Origin: Patescibacteria group bacterium
GTDB lineage: Bacteria > Patescibacteriota > Kazan-3B-28
Length of the DNA stretch: 64,000 nucleotides
NCBI GenBank assembly: GCA_041649135.1
Contig: JBAZNQ010000001.1
Coordinates: 291,037 to 355,036, forward strand
Direction of reading: 5' to 3'
Numbering within the stretch: the stretch's first letter is position 1; each line of letters opens with the position of its first letter. The notes below the pieces were generated by a model, which was given only the letters and a program-made list of their open reading frames with translations, had not been told where the DNA came from and searched no databases. The translations under genes were made by a program, and so were the position numbers. Positions 1 through 8,928 of this stretch are shown here, in pieces.

Positions 1-421
1 CCGTTTCTGGTCGCAGATACACCACATTCGATTCATCATCCACCGGCCCAGCATGAGTCTTAAACATCAAATTAAAATTCCGCGCTTCCGTCAGCTCTCC
101 ACCACAGTTTGGACATTTTTTGTCTTGAAGATGGTCTGCCCGAAATCTCTGCTTACATTCCTTACAATCGACCAGCGGGTCAGTAAATTCGGCGATGTGT
201 CCGCTTGCCTCCCAGACTTTTGGGTTCATCAAAATAGCTGAATCCAAGCCGACAATATCCGTCCGCTTCATCACCAAATCCTGCCACCACACTTGCTTAA
301 CATTGTTTTTTAATAACACTCCGTATGGGCCATAATCCCATGCGTTAGCTAATCCACCATAAATTTCCGAACTCGGATAAATAAAGCCACGCCGTTTGGC
401 AACATTTACGATTTCATCCAT
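1..421 (-). CDS. glyQS: glycine--tRNA ligase, N-terminal part (gene runs off window start)
   Basis: Minus-strand translation from the ATG at 419-421 gives [49 protein letters not shown]..., a typical class II GlyRS N-terminus. Not in the ORF track because it is truncated by the window edge. Confidence 0.75.
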   Translation of the reverse strand, partial: MDEIVNVAKRRGFIYPSSEIYGGLANAWDYGPYGVLLKNNVKQVWWQDLVMKRTDIVGLDSAILMNPKVWEASGHIAEFTDPLVDCKECKQRFRADHLQDKKCPNCGGELTEARNFNLMFKTHAGPVDDESNVVYLRPET

Positions 422-482
422 ACTAACCAGTTTTTTCCCCGATCCATTATTCATAATTCATGATTCACCATTCATCTCCCCC

Positions 483-929
483 CTATTGTCCATCAACAAT
501 CACATTAAATTCCACCGTCTTGTCCGGTGCTACTTGATATTTCACCATATGACCGCCCGCATGCTTAATTGGTTCAGGAATAATAATTAACCCAGCCTGT
601 ACTTTCAGCCCCAACTGTTCTTGTACCGCTCTGGCAATCTGTTCTTCATTGATCGCCGCGAACAGTCCGCCAGTCGGGTTAGTTTTAGCACCAATCCGAA
701 TTTGCTGACCAGCCAAACTCTCCGCCTGCTGTTCCAGCTCTACTACTTCCTTCGTCTGTTGATCTGTCCGTTGTGACTTTTCCAACTCGACAGACGTTTT
801 AGCCCCTCTAGTGGCTAATTTTGCCAATCCCAAAGCTATCAGGTAGTTTCGGCCATATCCGTCAGCTACCCGTTTTACTTCGCCTTTCCGGCCCACCCCG
901 CGGACATCTTTTAAGAGAATAACTTCCAT
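483..929 (-). CDS. rplI: 50S ribosomal protein L9
   Basis: [31 protein letters not shown]... is a classic L9 N-terminus. The start was moved to the internal ATG at 927-929. Confidence 0.85.
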   Translation of the reverse strand: MEVILLKDVRGVGRKGEVKRVADGYGRNYLIALGLAKLATRGAKTSVELEKSQRTDQQTKEVVELEQQAESLAGQQIRIGAKTNPTGGLFAAINEEQIARAVQEQLGLKVQAGLIIIPEPIKHAGGHMVKYQVAPDKTVEFNVIVDGQ

Positions 930-959
930 ACCTCTGAATTTTAGGGTAAAAACCCTAAA

Positions 960-1375
960 ATTCAAACTCCAAGCACTAAATATCAATCATCCAACAAATC
1001 CTCAACCCTCCTGAAAATCCTAAACTCGAAATTCTAAATCCTAAACAAATCCCAAATTCTAATGCTTCAAACGTTTCCTGTGTCATTCCCACCCTCTTCT
1101 TCGTCATTCCCACCCTCTTCTTTGTCATTCCCGCGCCCGCCTGCAACGATGCCCACCAGAAACGCTGTATCTACTGCGGACTGGTAGCACTTCGGGCAGG
1201 TAGGCGGGAATCCAGCCAAGAACAAAAACATTTTTTCTTTTTTCTGTCTGGATTCCGGATCAAGTCCGGAATGACGAATTGTTTATTTTAATCATTGGTA
1301 TTTCGTGCTTCGTGCTTGCCTGCCCGCCTTTGGAGGGTTTAGTATTTCGAATTTCGGATTTAGGATTTCCCCAAA
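960..1375. repeat. composite intergenic repeat: (CTAAATC)n-like arms, GTCATTCC-palindrome-GGAATGAC core and a nested 75-bp insert
   Basis: Near-identical to 40320-40430. The core motif recurs more than 12 times in the window. The nested insert at 1135-1215 matches 8615-8695 in inverted orientation. Confidence 0.6.
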
Positions 1376-2577
1376 AGCTTCTTTGCTTCTTCCAGCTGAA
1401 CATCCGTAGTGTCTGCCTCCGTCAATTTCACTTCCCTATCTGGTTTTATGCCCGCATCACTAATCGATTTACCATTCGGGGTATACCATTTTGCCACCGT
1501 TACTCGCAAAGCCGAACCGTCTGGAAATTCTTCCACTTCCTGCACACTCCCCTTACCAAATGTCGTCTCACCGATAATCTTAGCTCGTCCATGATCTTGT
1601 AATGCTCCTGCCACGATCTCTGCCGCGCTAGCGCTGCCCTGATTTACCAACACCATTAACGGAATATCTGTCAATCGACCATCACCATCTGCCGAAAACA
1701 AAGTCTTCTCTCCGGTTTTCATCCGCTCTTCCACGATCACACCCTCTTTCAAAAATTCATTTGCGACTTTTACACCCGAGTCTAAGAACCCACCCGGATT
1801 ATTTCGCAAATCCAACACCACCCCCTTCACCCCTTCCGCAATAATTTTATTTACCGATGTTTTAAACAACGCATCCGTATCACTCGCAAACCGTGAAATT
1901 TTGATAGTCGCAATTTTACTATCATCGATCTCCACCGACACGCTCTCACGTGAAATCTTTTGGCGTGTGATCTTTAATGTCATTGGTTCTTTTACGCCTT
2001 GACGATTGATCACCAAAGTTACTTGTGTTCCAGACGGTCCTTTGATCTTTTCCAGCACCTCACCAAATGTCATCCCCACTACTGGCTGTCCATCGATCGA
2101 TACGACCTCGTCCAGAGTCTTCATCCCCGCCGTCTCTGCCGGTGAGCCCTTCAATGGCGCCACCACCACTAATGCGCCATCCACCACATCCAACTCCACC
2201 CCAATCCCTTCATAACTGCCATTTAACGCTTCAAAAAATTGTTTATTCTCTGTCGGATCGGCAAAAATCGTGTACGGATCACCAAGCGCCGCCACTAATC
2301 CTTTAATACTGCCATACAACATATCCTGTGCGTTTACTTCGCCAAAATAATTGTTCTGTAATCTATCGGCCACCTCCCAGAACAAACTAAAATCCGTTTT
2401 ACCTAAAGTTTTGTGTTGAAGTTCCTGCCGAAATACCGCCGCATAGTTATTGGCGGTAATTTTTCCGTAATATCCTTGCGTCACACCCAAAAAATAAACT
2501 GCCACCAGCAGAATTATCCCCCCGACGGTAATCGACAATCTCTTAGTCATCCAAGATGAGTCTTTTAGTTTTCGCAT
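1360..2577 (-). CDS. ctpA: C-terminal processing peptidase (S41 family, PDZ domain)
   Basis: Carries the NPGGF and PDZ-region motifs, the S41 catalytic region GSASAAEI and an N-terminal TM helix. Confidence 0.8.
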   Translation of the reverse strand: MRKLKDSSWMTKRLSITVGGIILLVAVYFLGVTQGYYGKITANNYAAVFRQELQHKTLGKTDFSLFWEVADRLQNNYFGEVNAQDMLYGSIKGLVAALGDPYTIFADPTENKQFFEALNGSYEGIGVELDVVDGALVVVAPLKGSPAETAGMKTLDEVVSIDGQPVVGMTFGEVLEKIKGPSGTQVTLVINRQGVKEPMTLKITRQKISRESVSVEIDDSKIATIKISRFASDTDALFKTSVNKIIAEGVKGVVLDLRNNPGGFLDSGVKVANEFLKEGVIVEERMKTGEKTLFSADGDGRLTDIPLMVLVNQGSASAAEIVAGALQDHGRAKIIGETTFGKGSVQEVEEFPDGSALRVTVAKWYTPNGKSISDAGIKPDREVKLTEADTTDVQLEEAKKLLGKS

Positions 2578-2919
2578 TATCTAGTGTTCGTGTCCCAATC
2601 CAAAACCTTTCACCTGAAAGTATTTTACCACGAACCCAGCGAGTCGCGAGTTACGAGTAGCGAGTTGCGAGCGAGAGGTACCTCCCCGTTTCGGCCTTTC
2701 GGTATAGAGTCGTCCTCCTTACCATTAGATGAACGGCCGTTCATTATTTGGTACTTCTTTATCTTCGCCATTGGAACTTGAGCGTACGAGCTTTTAATCT
2801 CACCGATCTGATCAATCCAAACAATCTCCACCAATTATGTCTCTATACTGGTTAGATTGGAGGAAATTGGATAAATTGGTTAGATTTCAACAATGAACGC
2901 TAGCTTGCGTTCATTGTAA

Positions 2920-4083
2920 TTAGCCCGCCAGATATGCCAACGGATTTCTCGCCTCCCCATTCAACCAAACTTCAAAATGAAGATGTGGCCCTGTTGTTAG
3001 CCAACCAGCGCCTGTTGTCATCGGTGTTCCACCAGTTGAACCAATCACCATCCCGACCGGCACAAATTGTCCGGTTGCTACCGATACTCCGCTCACATGG
3101 CCATACACCGTCACCATTCCATTGCCATGGTCTAGCATGATGTAGGAATACGCATTACTACCATCAAATTTTACCTTCAACACATACGCATCAGCCGGTG
3201 CTTTGATCGGTGTCCCCTGTGGTGTCGCAATATCAATCGCGTTATGTACCAATTTGAACCGACTTTGATAATCACCATCTCTGAAAGTAGCCGTTACTAG
3301 TCTTGATGGGATCGGCCACAACAATGAATACTTACCTTCATTTAATACCCCTCGCCGGGAGCTTTTCGCCAACGCAGCAATTTGATTTTCCAACTTCTGC
3401 TGCTCGATTACTGCCGACTCCAATTTGTTTTGATATTCCGCTTCAGTCAGTTTAGCGTCCTGTAACAATGATGCTTTACCTTGAACCTGCGCATTCAAAT
3501 TATTCTGTTCCAACTGCTTCGATGACTGCAGTTCCTTCAATTGTTTGTCAGCCGCCTCTAATTCTCCCTTCTTGCTTGTCAATTCGTCATTTAAAGTTTG
3601 CAGTACCGAAATACTGTTCGTAATTCTCCCCTCAATGGTAGTAATGTATTCAATCTGACTGATAAAATCCGACAAATCACTCGAGCCCATCATTACTTCT
3701 AACAAACCCGACCGGTTGCGAACATACGCCTCTTTAATCGCCTCTCGCAACACTCGTTTCTTTTCATAAATCTCCACCTCTGCCGACACCAGATCACCGT
3801 TAATCTGGCTCATATTTAAATTGACAGTATCAATTTGCCCTGACAACGCTTGTAGCTGCAGTTCGCTCAACTTCACCTGCCCGTCCAAAATATCTAACTG
3901 ATTTTGTAATGTTGTCTTCCGTTTCCGAATACTATCAAGTTGTTTTTGTTGTGCTTCAATTTGATCGCGCAATTTACTTAGCTCCTCCGTCTTCTCCCCT
4001 AAAAGATCAGCACTAGCCGGCAACACAACACTTAGCGCCAGAATGAAAGCAAAAACTAATTTTGTTACTCTGCGAAATTTCAT
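2920..4083 (-). CDS. coiled-coil M23 peptidase (EnvC-like murein hydrolase activator)
   Basis: Signal peptide, long coiled coil and a C-terminal M23 region (HNAIDIA...HLHFEV). It lies next to ftsX/ftsE. Confidence 0.75.
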   Translation of the reverse strand: MKFRRVTKLVFAFILALSVVLPASADLLGEKTEELSKLRDQIEAQQKQLDSIRKRKTTLQNQLDILDGQVKLSELQLQALSGQIDTVNLNMSQINGDLVSAEVEIYEKKRVLREAIKEAYVRNRSGLLEVMMGSSDLSDFISQIEYITTIEGRITNSISVLQTLNDELTSKKGELEAADKQLKELQSSKQLEQNNLNAQVQGKASLLQDAKLTEAEYQNKLESAVIEQQKLENQIAALAKSSRRGVLNEGKYSLLWPIPSRLVTATFRDGDYQSRFKLVHNAIDIATPQGTPIKAPADAYVLKVKFDGSNAYSYIMLDHGNGMVTVYGHVSGVSVATGQFVPVGMVIGSTGGTPMTTGAGWLTTGPHLHFEVWLNGEARNPLAYLAG

Positions 4084-4084
4084 A

Positions 4085-4260
4085 ACCCTTTTTTATTTGT
4101 CATTCTGACTTCTCTCCCCTGTGTCATTCCGGATTTAGTCCGGAATCTAGAAAATAAAAGCAAACATTTTTCCGTTTCTGTCTGGATCCTGAATCAAGCT
4201 TGCCCGCGGGTGCGGGACGCAGCCAGGGTTCAGGATGACGGCTTTCTCTATTCGTCTATA
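4085..4260. repeat. GTCATTCC-palindrome-GGAAT intergenic repeat copy
   Basis: gtcattccggatttagtccggaatctag...aaacattttt...tctggatcctgaatcaagc...ttcaggatgac. Confidence 0.55.
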
Positions 4261-4282
4261 AGTCTATTGATCTATCATCTCT

Positions 4283-5194
4283 CTATATTGCGAGATGTTT
4301 TCTAGTCGCCCAGTAACTCGACAAACCACCCACCACTAAACCTACTCCCAGTTGTAACCCAACCAAAAATGCTATAAATCCGCCGGAAAATAGTGGGTTT
4401 CCCGCTGTCGAGATCAAATAATTAGTCATCAACGGTCTAATAATCGCACCATACCCTAATGCCAACAATGAACTTGTCAGCACCGACGCAATTACCCCAT
4501 ACATCATTCCCTCAATAATAAATGGCCAGCGAATATACCAGTCAGTCGCCCCCACCAGTTTCATAATTTCGATCTCCTGCCGACGAGTGAAAATTGTAAT
4601 TCGAATCGTGTTAAAGATGATCATCAACGAAACCCCCACCAGCACGATCGCCAAAATCAAGCTTGAGCGTTGGATAAAACTACTGACATTCCGCAATTTC
4701 TCAATTATTTTCTGATTGTCTTCTAAACTAGTTTCCGAGATTACTTTAGCATACTGACCATTGCGAATCTGTTCAACGATCCCCTCGATTTTATACGGGT
4801 CACTTGCCTTAATCTCTAAACTAGCCGGCAAAAAATTCTCCTCCTCCGGAATAATACTGCGAATAATTGTTCGATTACGATTCTCTGTCAGGAACTTATC
4901 CATCGCCTCTTGCGATGACACATATGTTACTCCTCGCACATCCTCCCAGCTCTCCACTTGGCTCTTCAACTCCAAAATGTCTTTTTCCAGAGCGGTTTCC
5001 TTGAAGAAAACCGCTACATCAATTCGCTCATTGATTGACGTTATCGTTGTCCCAATTACTACGTTCAAAGATGCCAGAATACTAATGATCAACAACGCTT
5101 GCGCCATAATAAATACCGCCACCAAACTCAACCAGCCGTTTCGTCTGAAACTCTGCCATGCCGATTTAAAAATCCGATGCCAGAATATATACAT
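4283..5194 (-). CDS. ftsX: cell division permease FtsX
   Basis: Four TM helices with an extracellular loop domain, immediately downstream of ftsE. Confidence 0.8.
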   Translation of the reverse strand: MYIFWHRIFKSAWQSFRRNGWLSLVAVFIMAQALLIISILASLNVVIGTTITSINERIDVAVFFKETALEKDILELKSQVESWEDVRGVTYVSSQEAMDKFLTENRNRTIIRSIIPEEENFLPASLEIKASDPYKIEGIVEQIRNGQYAKVISETSLEDNQKIIEKLRNVSSFIQRSSLILAIVLVGVSLMIIFNTIRITIFTRRQEIEIMKLVGATDWYIRWPFIIEGMMYGVIASVLTSSLLALGYGAIIRPLMTNYLISTAGNPLFSGGFIAFLVGLQLGVGLVVGGLSSYWATRKHLAI

Positions 5195-5199
5195 AGTAA

Positions 5200-5535
5200 G
5201 AAAACTCTAAATTCTAATCTCTAAATCCTAAACAAATTATAAATTACAATGTCTTAAACCTTTCCTTCGTCGTCCTCGAGCCGGAATTCTGCTGGACAGC
5301 AGAAGCTCCGACATCGGAGATCCAGACCGAAACAAAAACATTTTTATTTTTCCTTTCTGGATCCTCTGGTTCCATCCTTCGCTCGTTGAGCTTCCTCCGT
5401 CGCCAAGGCTATGAAGGACTCTGACGGAGGACTGACGCAAGCCAGAGGATGACAGTTTTTTTGTTTTATTAGTATTTCTAATTTCGTGCTTCGTGCTTGT
5501 TTAGTATTTCGGATTTCGTGCTTCGTATTTATTTC
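5200..5535. repeat. composite intergenic repeat copy ((CTAAATC)n arms plus GTC...GAC core)
   Basis: ctctaaattctaatctctaaatcctaaacaaatt ... ttagtatttcggatttcgtgcttcg. Confidence 0.5.
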
Positions 5536-5538
5536 TTA

Positions 5539-6231
5539 TTATTTATAGTTATAATTATCATCATATTTACTCTTGCGTTTATCACGCATCACTTTCCCAT
5601 CTTCCAAACTAATCACCCGCCGGTTAATCGTATCAACAACATCCCGATTATGAGTTGCCAACAGTACTGTTGTACCGAGTGAATTAATTTTTAATAACAA
5701 TTTAGCAATCTCACCAGCATTTTTCGGATCTAAATTCCCAGTCGGCTCATCTGCGATCAAAAACTTTGGTTTAAATACCAAAGCTCTGGCAATCGCTACC
5801 CGCTGGGCTTCTCCACCTGACATTTCTCGAGGGAAACTGTCACCCCTCCCCTTCAGCCCTACCAATTCCAGAATCTTCTCCACCTCGGAATCAATCTCAT
5901 TATCCGGCAAACCAGATACTTCTAGGGCAAACGCCACATTCTCCGCTACTGTTTTATTTGGCAATAGTTTGAAATCTTGGAACACCACTCCGATTTGCCG
6001 CCGATAATACGGAATATACTTGTCCTTCAACAAATGAATATCTTTACCGTCAATCGTAATCCGGCCAAAAGTTGGCTTCTCCTCGCACAACAACAACTTA
6101 ATTAAAGTTGATTTTCCAGCACCTGATGGCCCAACTAACGTTACAAACTCCTGTGGGTGAATTGTAAAACTCACCCCGTCCAGAACTTTGTGCGCACCAT
6201 AGTGCTTAGTTACTTTTTCGAATTCAATCAT
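5539..6231 (-). CDS. ftsE: cell division ATP-binding protein FtsE
   Basis: Walker A GPSGAGKST, ABC signature LSGGEAQRVAIARAL, Walker B FLIADEP. Confidence 0.85.
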   Translation of the reverse strand: MIEFEKVTKHYGAHKVLDGVSFTIHPQEFVTLVGPSGAGKSTLIKLLLCEEKPTFGRITIDGKDIHLLKDKYIPYYRRQIGVVFQDFKLLPNKTVAENVAFALEVSGLPDNEIDSEVEKILELVGLKGRGDSFPREMSGGEAQRVAIARALVFKPKFLIADEPTGNLDPKNAGEIAKLLLKINSLGTTVLLATHNRDVVDTINRRVISLEDGKVMRDKRKSKYDDNYNYK

Positions 6232-6311
6232 AGGAGACAGCTACAAAAATCCTAAAACCTAAATTCTAAACCCTAAACAAATTCTAAATCCCAATGTCCC
6301 AAATCACAAAC

Positions 6312-6683
6312 TTAACCTCCTATGGTTTTTGTTAAGATTGCACCCAAAATCTTCATCAATTGAGTACATTCATCAATTAGCCCATTTCTCAAAGCTATAT
6401 CGGTATCATTTGGTTGGGTCAGCAAGAGCCAGAAACGTGCTTCCTTGGCTTCTTTTTTCGATATTCTAATCCGCATGGCAAAATCTCGTTTACCCAATGC
6501 TTCGTTGGCCTCAATATAGTTGGCGCCTACCGAACCACCAGCTCGAACCAATTGTTTTGCATTTTCAATATTCGCCACATCACGTGGCAAAGCCCGCGCA
6601 TATTCATTAATCCGACGGGCAAAGTCCAACGTCCTGTTCTCCAAATCATATAAAGTTTTAACCCGATCAGCCGTTTGTATCAT
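6312..6683 (-). CDS. four-helix-bundle protein (23S rRNA intervening-sequence protein / Avd superfamily)
   Basis: Length about 120 aa, with motifs typical of the TIGR02436 family (...SVGANYIEA...EARFWL). Confidence 0.75.
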   Translation of the reverse strand: MIQTADRVKTLYDLENRTLDFARRINEYARALPRDVANIENAKQLVRAGGSVGANYIEANEALGKRDFAMRIRISKKEAKEARFWLLLTQPNDTDIALRNGLIDECTQLMKILGAILTKTIGG

Positions 6684-6714
6684 TGTGATTTGTTTAGAAT
6701 TTCGATATTCGGAT

Positions 6715-7833
6715 TTAGGATTTGTCCTGTTTTCTATAAGAAAGCAGGACGCTACTTATTAATTCATCCAAATCACCTTCTTTCAGAACTTTTTCTGTTT
6801 GCGAGGTTTCAAAATCACTCCGATGGTCCTTCACTTGTTGATAAGGATGGAGGGTAAAAGTCCTGATCTGACGTCCAAAATCTCCCGAAACATTGGATGC
6901 CTTTAGCTTCCGATTTTCCGCATCCCGTTGTTCTTGTTCCAGTAAATACAATCGGTTTTTCAGAATCTTCATCGCCACTTCCTTGTTTTGAGTTTGCGAC
7001 CTTTCGGTTTGAATTGACACCACCAGATTAGTCGGAATATGTGTAATCCGTACCGCCGAATCAGTTGTGTTGACACTCTGCCCACCGCAACCCGATGACT
7101 TGAAGGTTTCGATCTTCAAATCTTCATCTTTTATTTTCACATCTACATCACCTAAATCTGGCAGCACTTCGATCAGTGCAAATGATGTTTGTCTTAACCC
7201 CTGCGCATTAAACGGACTAATTCGAATCAGCCGGTGTACACCAGCTTCCGACTTTAACCAACCATACGCTCTAAACCCAGTAATTTTTAAAGTTGCGTTT
7301 TTAACTCCCGCCTCGCCTCCTTCAGTAATATCCATTATTTCTGTCTTCCACTCTTTCCGTTTGGCGTAAGCAAGATACATATTCAACAACATCCCGTTCC
7401 AGTCTGCCGCATCCACCCCACCTGTTCCGACATGAAACATCACATAGGCGTTTTTGTCATCATAAGTTCCCGAGAACAGCGTCTGCGCCTCCAGCCAAGT
7501 AATCAGCTCACCAGCTTTAGCCAAATCCTCTTTCATTAACTTTTCACTTTTCACTTTTAACTCTTCACTTAAATCCGTCGTCGGATTTACTGCCTCTCCT
7601 ACTCTCGCCAAAATCTCTCCGATCTCTGCCTCGGCTTCGATGATTTTCTTATTCATCTCAAATTTTGCCCCCTTCGCCGCCGCCGTCTGCTGATCTTTCC
7701 AAAAATCTGGCTGGCTCATCTCTGTTGCCAACTCCTCATTTTCCTTGGTTAACTTATCCCTATCTAAAAACCCCTGCAGTTGATCCAACTGCATCCGCAT
7801 AGATTCATATAGTTCTTTTACCCCATCAGACAT
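6715..7833 (-). CDS. prfB: peptide chain release factor 2
   Basis: Contains GGQ in SGCGGQSVNTTDSAVRITHIPT and SPF in ISPFNAQG. The start was moved to the ATG at 7831-7833. The ORF is continuous, with no +1 frameshift site. Confidence 0.85.
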   Translation of the reverse strand: MSDGVKELYESMRMQLDQLQGFLDRDKLTKENEELATEMSQPDFWKDQQTAAAKGAKFEMNKKIIEAEAEIGEILARVGEAVNPTTDLSEELKVKSEKLMKEDLAKAGELITWLEAQTLFSGTYDDKNAYVMFHVGTGGVDAADWNGMLLNMYLAYAKRKEWKTEIMDITEGGEAGVKNATLKITGFRAYGWLKSEAGVHRLIRISPFNAQGLRQTSFALIEVLPDLGDVDVKIKDEDLKIETFKSSGCGGQSVNTTDSAVRITHIPTNLVVSIQTERSQTQNKEVAMKILKNRLYLLEQEQRDAENRKLKASNVSGDFGRQIRTFTLHPYQQVKDHRSDFETSQTEKVLKEGDLDELISSVLLSYRKQDKS

Positions 7834-7969
7834 AATTTTCTGATTACCAAATTTAAGCCATACCCGAATTATAACAGACAAAAAATGGCTCTAACCGCAA
7901 AAGCGAATCAGAGCCATTAAATTTAGTTGTCAGGCAAATCCACCCATAATGGACACACCTGTTTCTCTA

Positions 7970-8374
7970 CTAGACTCTATCATCCCCCTTGTAGTCTGTT
8001 GACAGCAGACCCCCGCCGACAGCGATTAGCCCCTGCTGGTTAGCCTCCTGTTCCGCCTTCACAGCCTTATACGCAGTTGCTTGAGCCGTTAGCTCATGTG
8101 CAACGACTTCCGCCGCCTTAAACATAACTGGGCTGATAACGTTGTCCCGAGCCGTAGATATCGAACGGCAAACGCGGTTCCTCGCCCGCAACACTGCATC
8201 AGCCACTATCCCAGCATGCTGATCAGGTATCTTCGTTGTTTGCAACAATTCGCAAACAACATCCAAGGCGATAGGGGTCGTAACCGTTTGAAGAAAATCC
8301 ACGATTGCCTCGTGGAACGGCCTCTTTTCTACAACGATATCTTCCGGCATCTCCACCATCTCCTCAACCATCAA
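7970..8374 (-). CDS. hypothetical protein
   Basis: A 134-aa ORF with no recognisable motifs; supported only by being an ORF in intergenic space. Confidence 0.35.
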   Translation of the reverse strand: MMVEEMVEMPEDIVVEKRPFHEAIVDFLQTVTTPIALDVVCELLQTTKIPDQHAGIVADAVLRARNRVCRSISTARDNVISPVMFKAAEVVAHELTAQATAYKAVKAEQEANQQGLIAVGGGLLSTDYKGDDRV

Positions 8375-8479
8375 ATTTCTGAAGGAACAATCCCCCCAGA
8401 TGTGGTCATCCTAGCAAAAACCTCGCCCCCAGTCAACAAAAATCCCACAAATCGCTATGCGATAATCACCAATCATCAA

Positions 8480-8710
8480 ATCACAAATTCCAAAAGTTCC
8501 TCATTTGTCATTCTAACTGTTCTCTTCGTCGTCCTCGAGTTGGTAGCGAAGCGCCACAACGTCGGGGATCCAGAAAAGAACAACAAACAAAATCATTTTT
8601 CTGTTTCTTGTCTAGATTCCCGCCTACCTGCCCGAAGTGCTACCAGTCCGCAGTAGATACAGCGTTTCTGGCGGGCATCGTTGCAGGCGGGCGCGGGAAT
8701 GACAAGGATT
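8480..8710. repeat. composite intergenic repeat copy carrying the same nested 75-bp insert as 1135-1215, in inverted orientation
   Basis: gattcccgcctacctgcccgaagtgctaccagtccgcagtagatacagcgtttctggcgggcatcgttgcaggcgggcgcgggaatgac. Confidence 0.55.
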
Positions 8711-8928
8711 TTTGCTTTGGTCTTTGTTATTTGTAGTTTGTTTGATTATTGGACATTGGATATTGGATATTACAAAAGGGCGCCCAAAGCGCTACCATAA
8801 CTATTCATCGAAGATCACCCGAAGCTTTATGCGAAGGGTGACTACTCTCACTTATCACTATTCACTTTTAACTATTAACTATAAAGGAGCTTCTTCCGAA
8901 GCTCCTTTATTCTGCTTATTCCTTTAAT

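Noticed and set aside
6240-6300. Telomere-like CCCTAAA runs (ctaaaccctaaacaaattctaaatccc)
   Set aside because: They are degenerate 7-mer tandem arms of the intergenic repeat family, present in both orientations in mid-chromosome intergenic regions. They are not chromosome ends.
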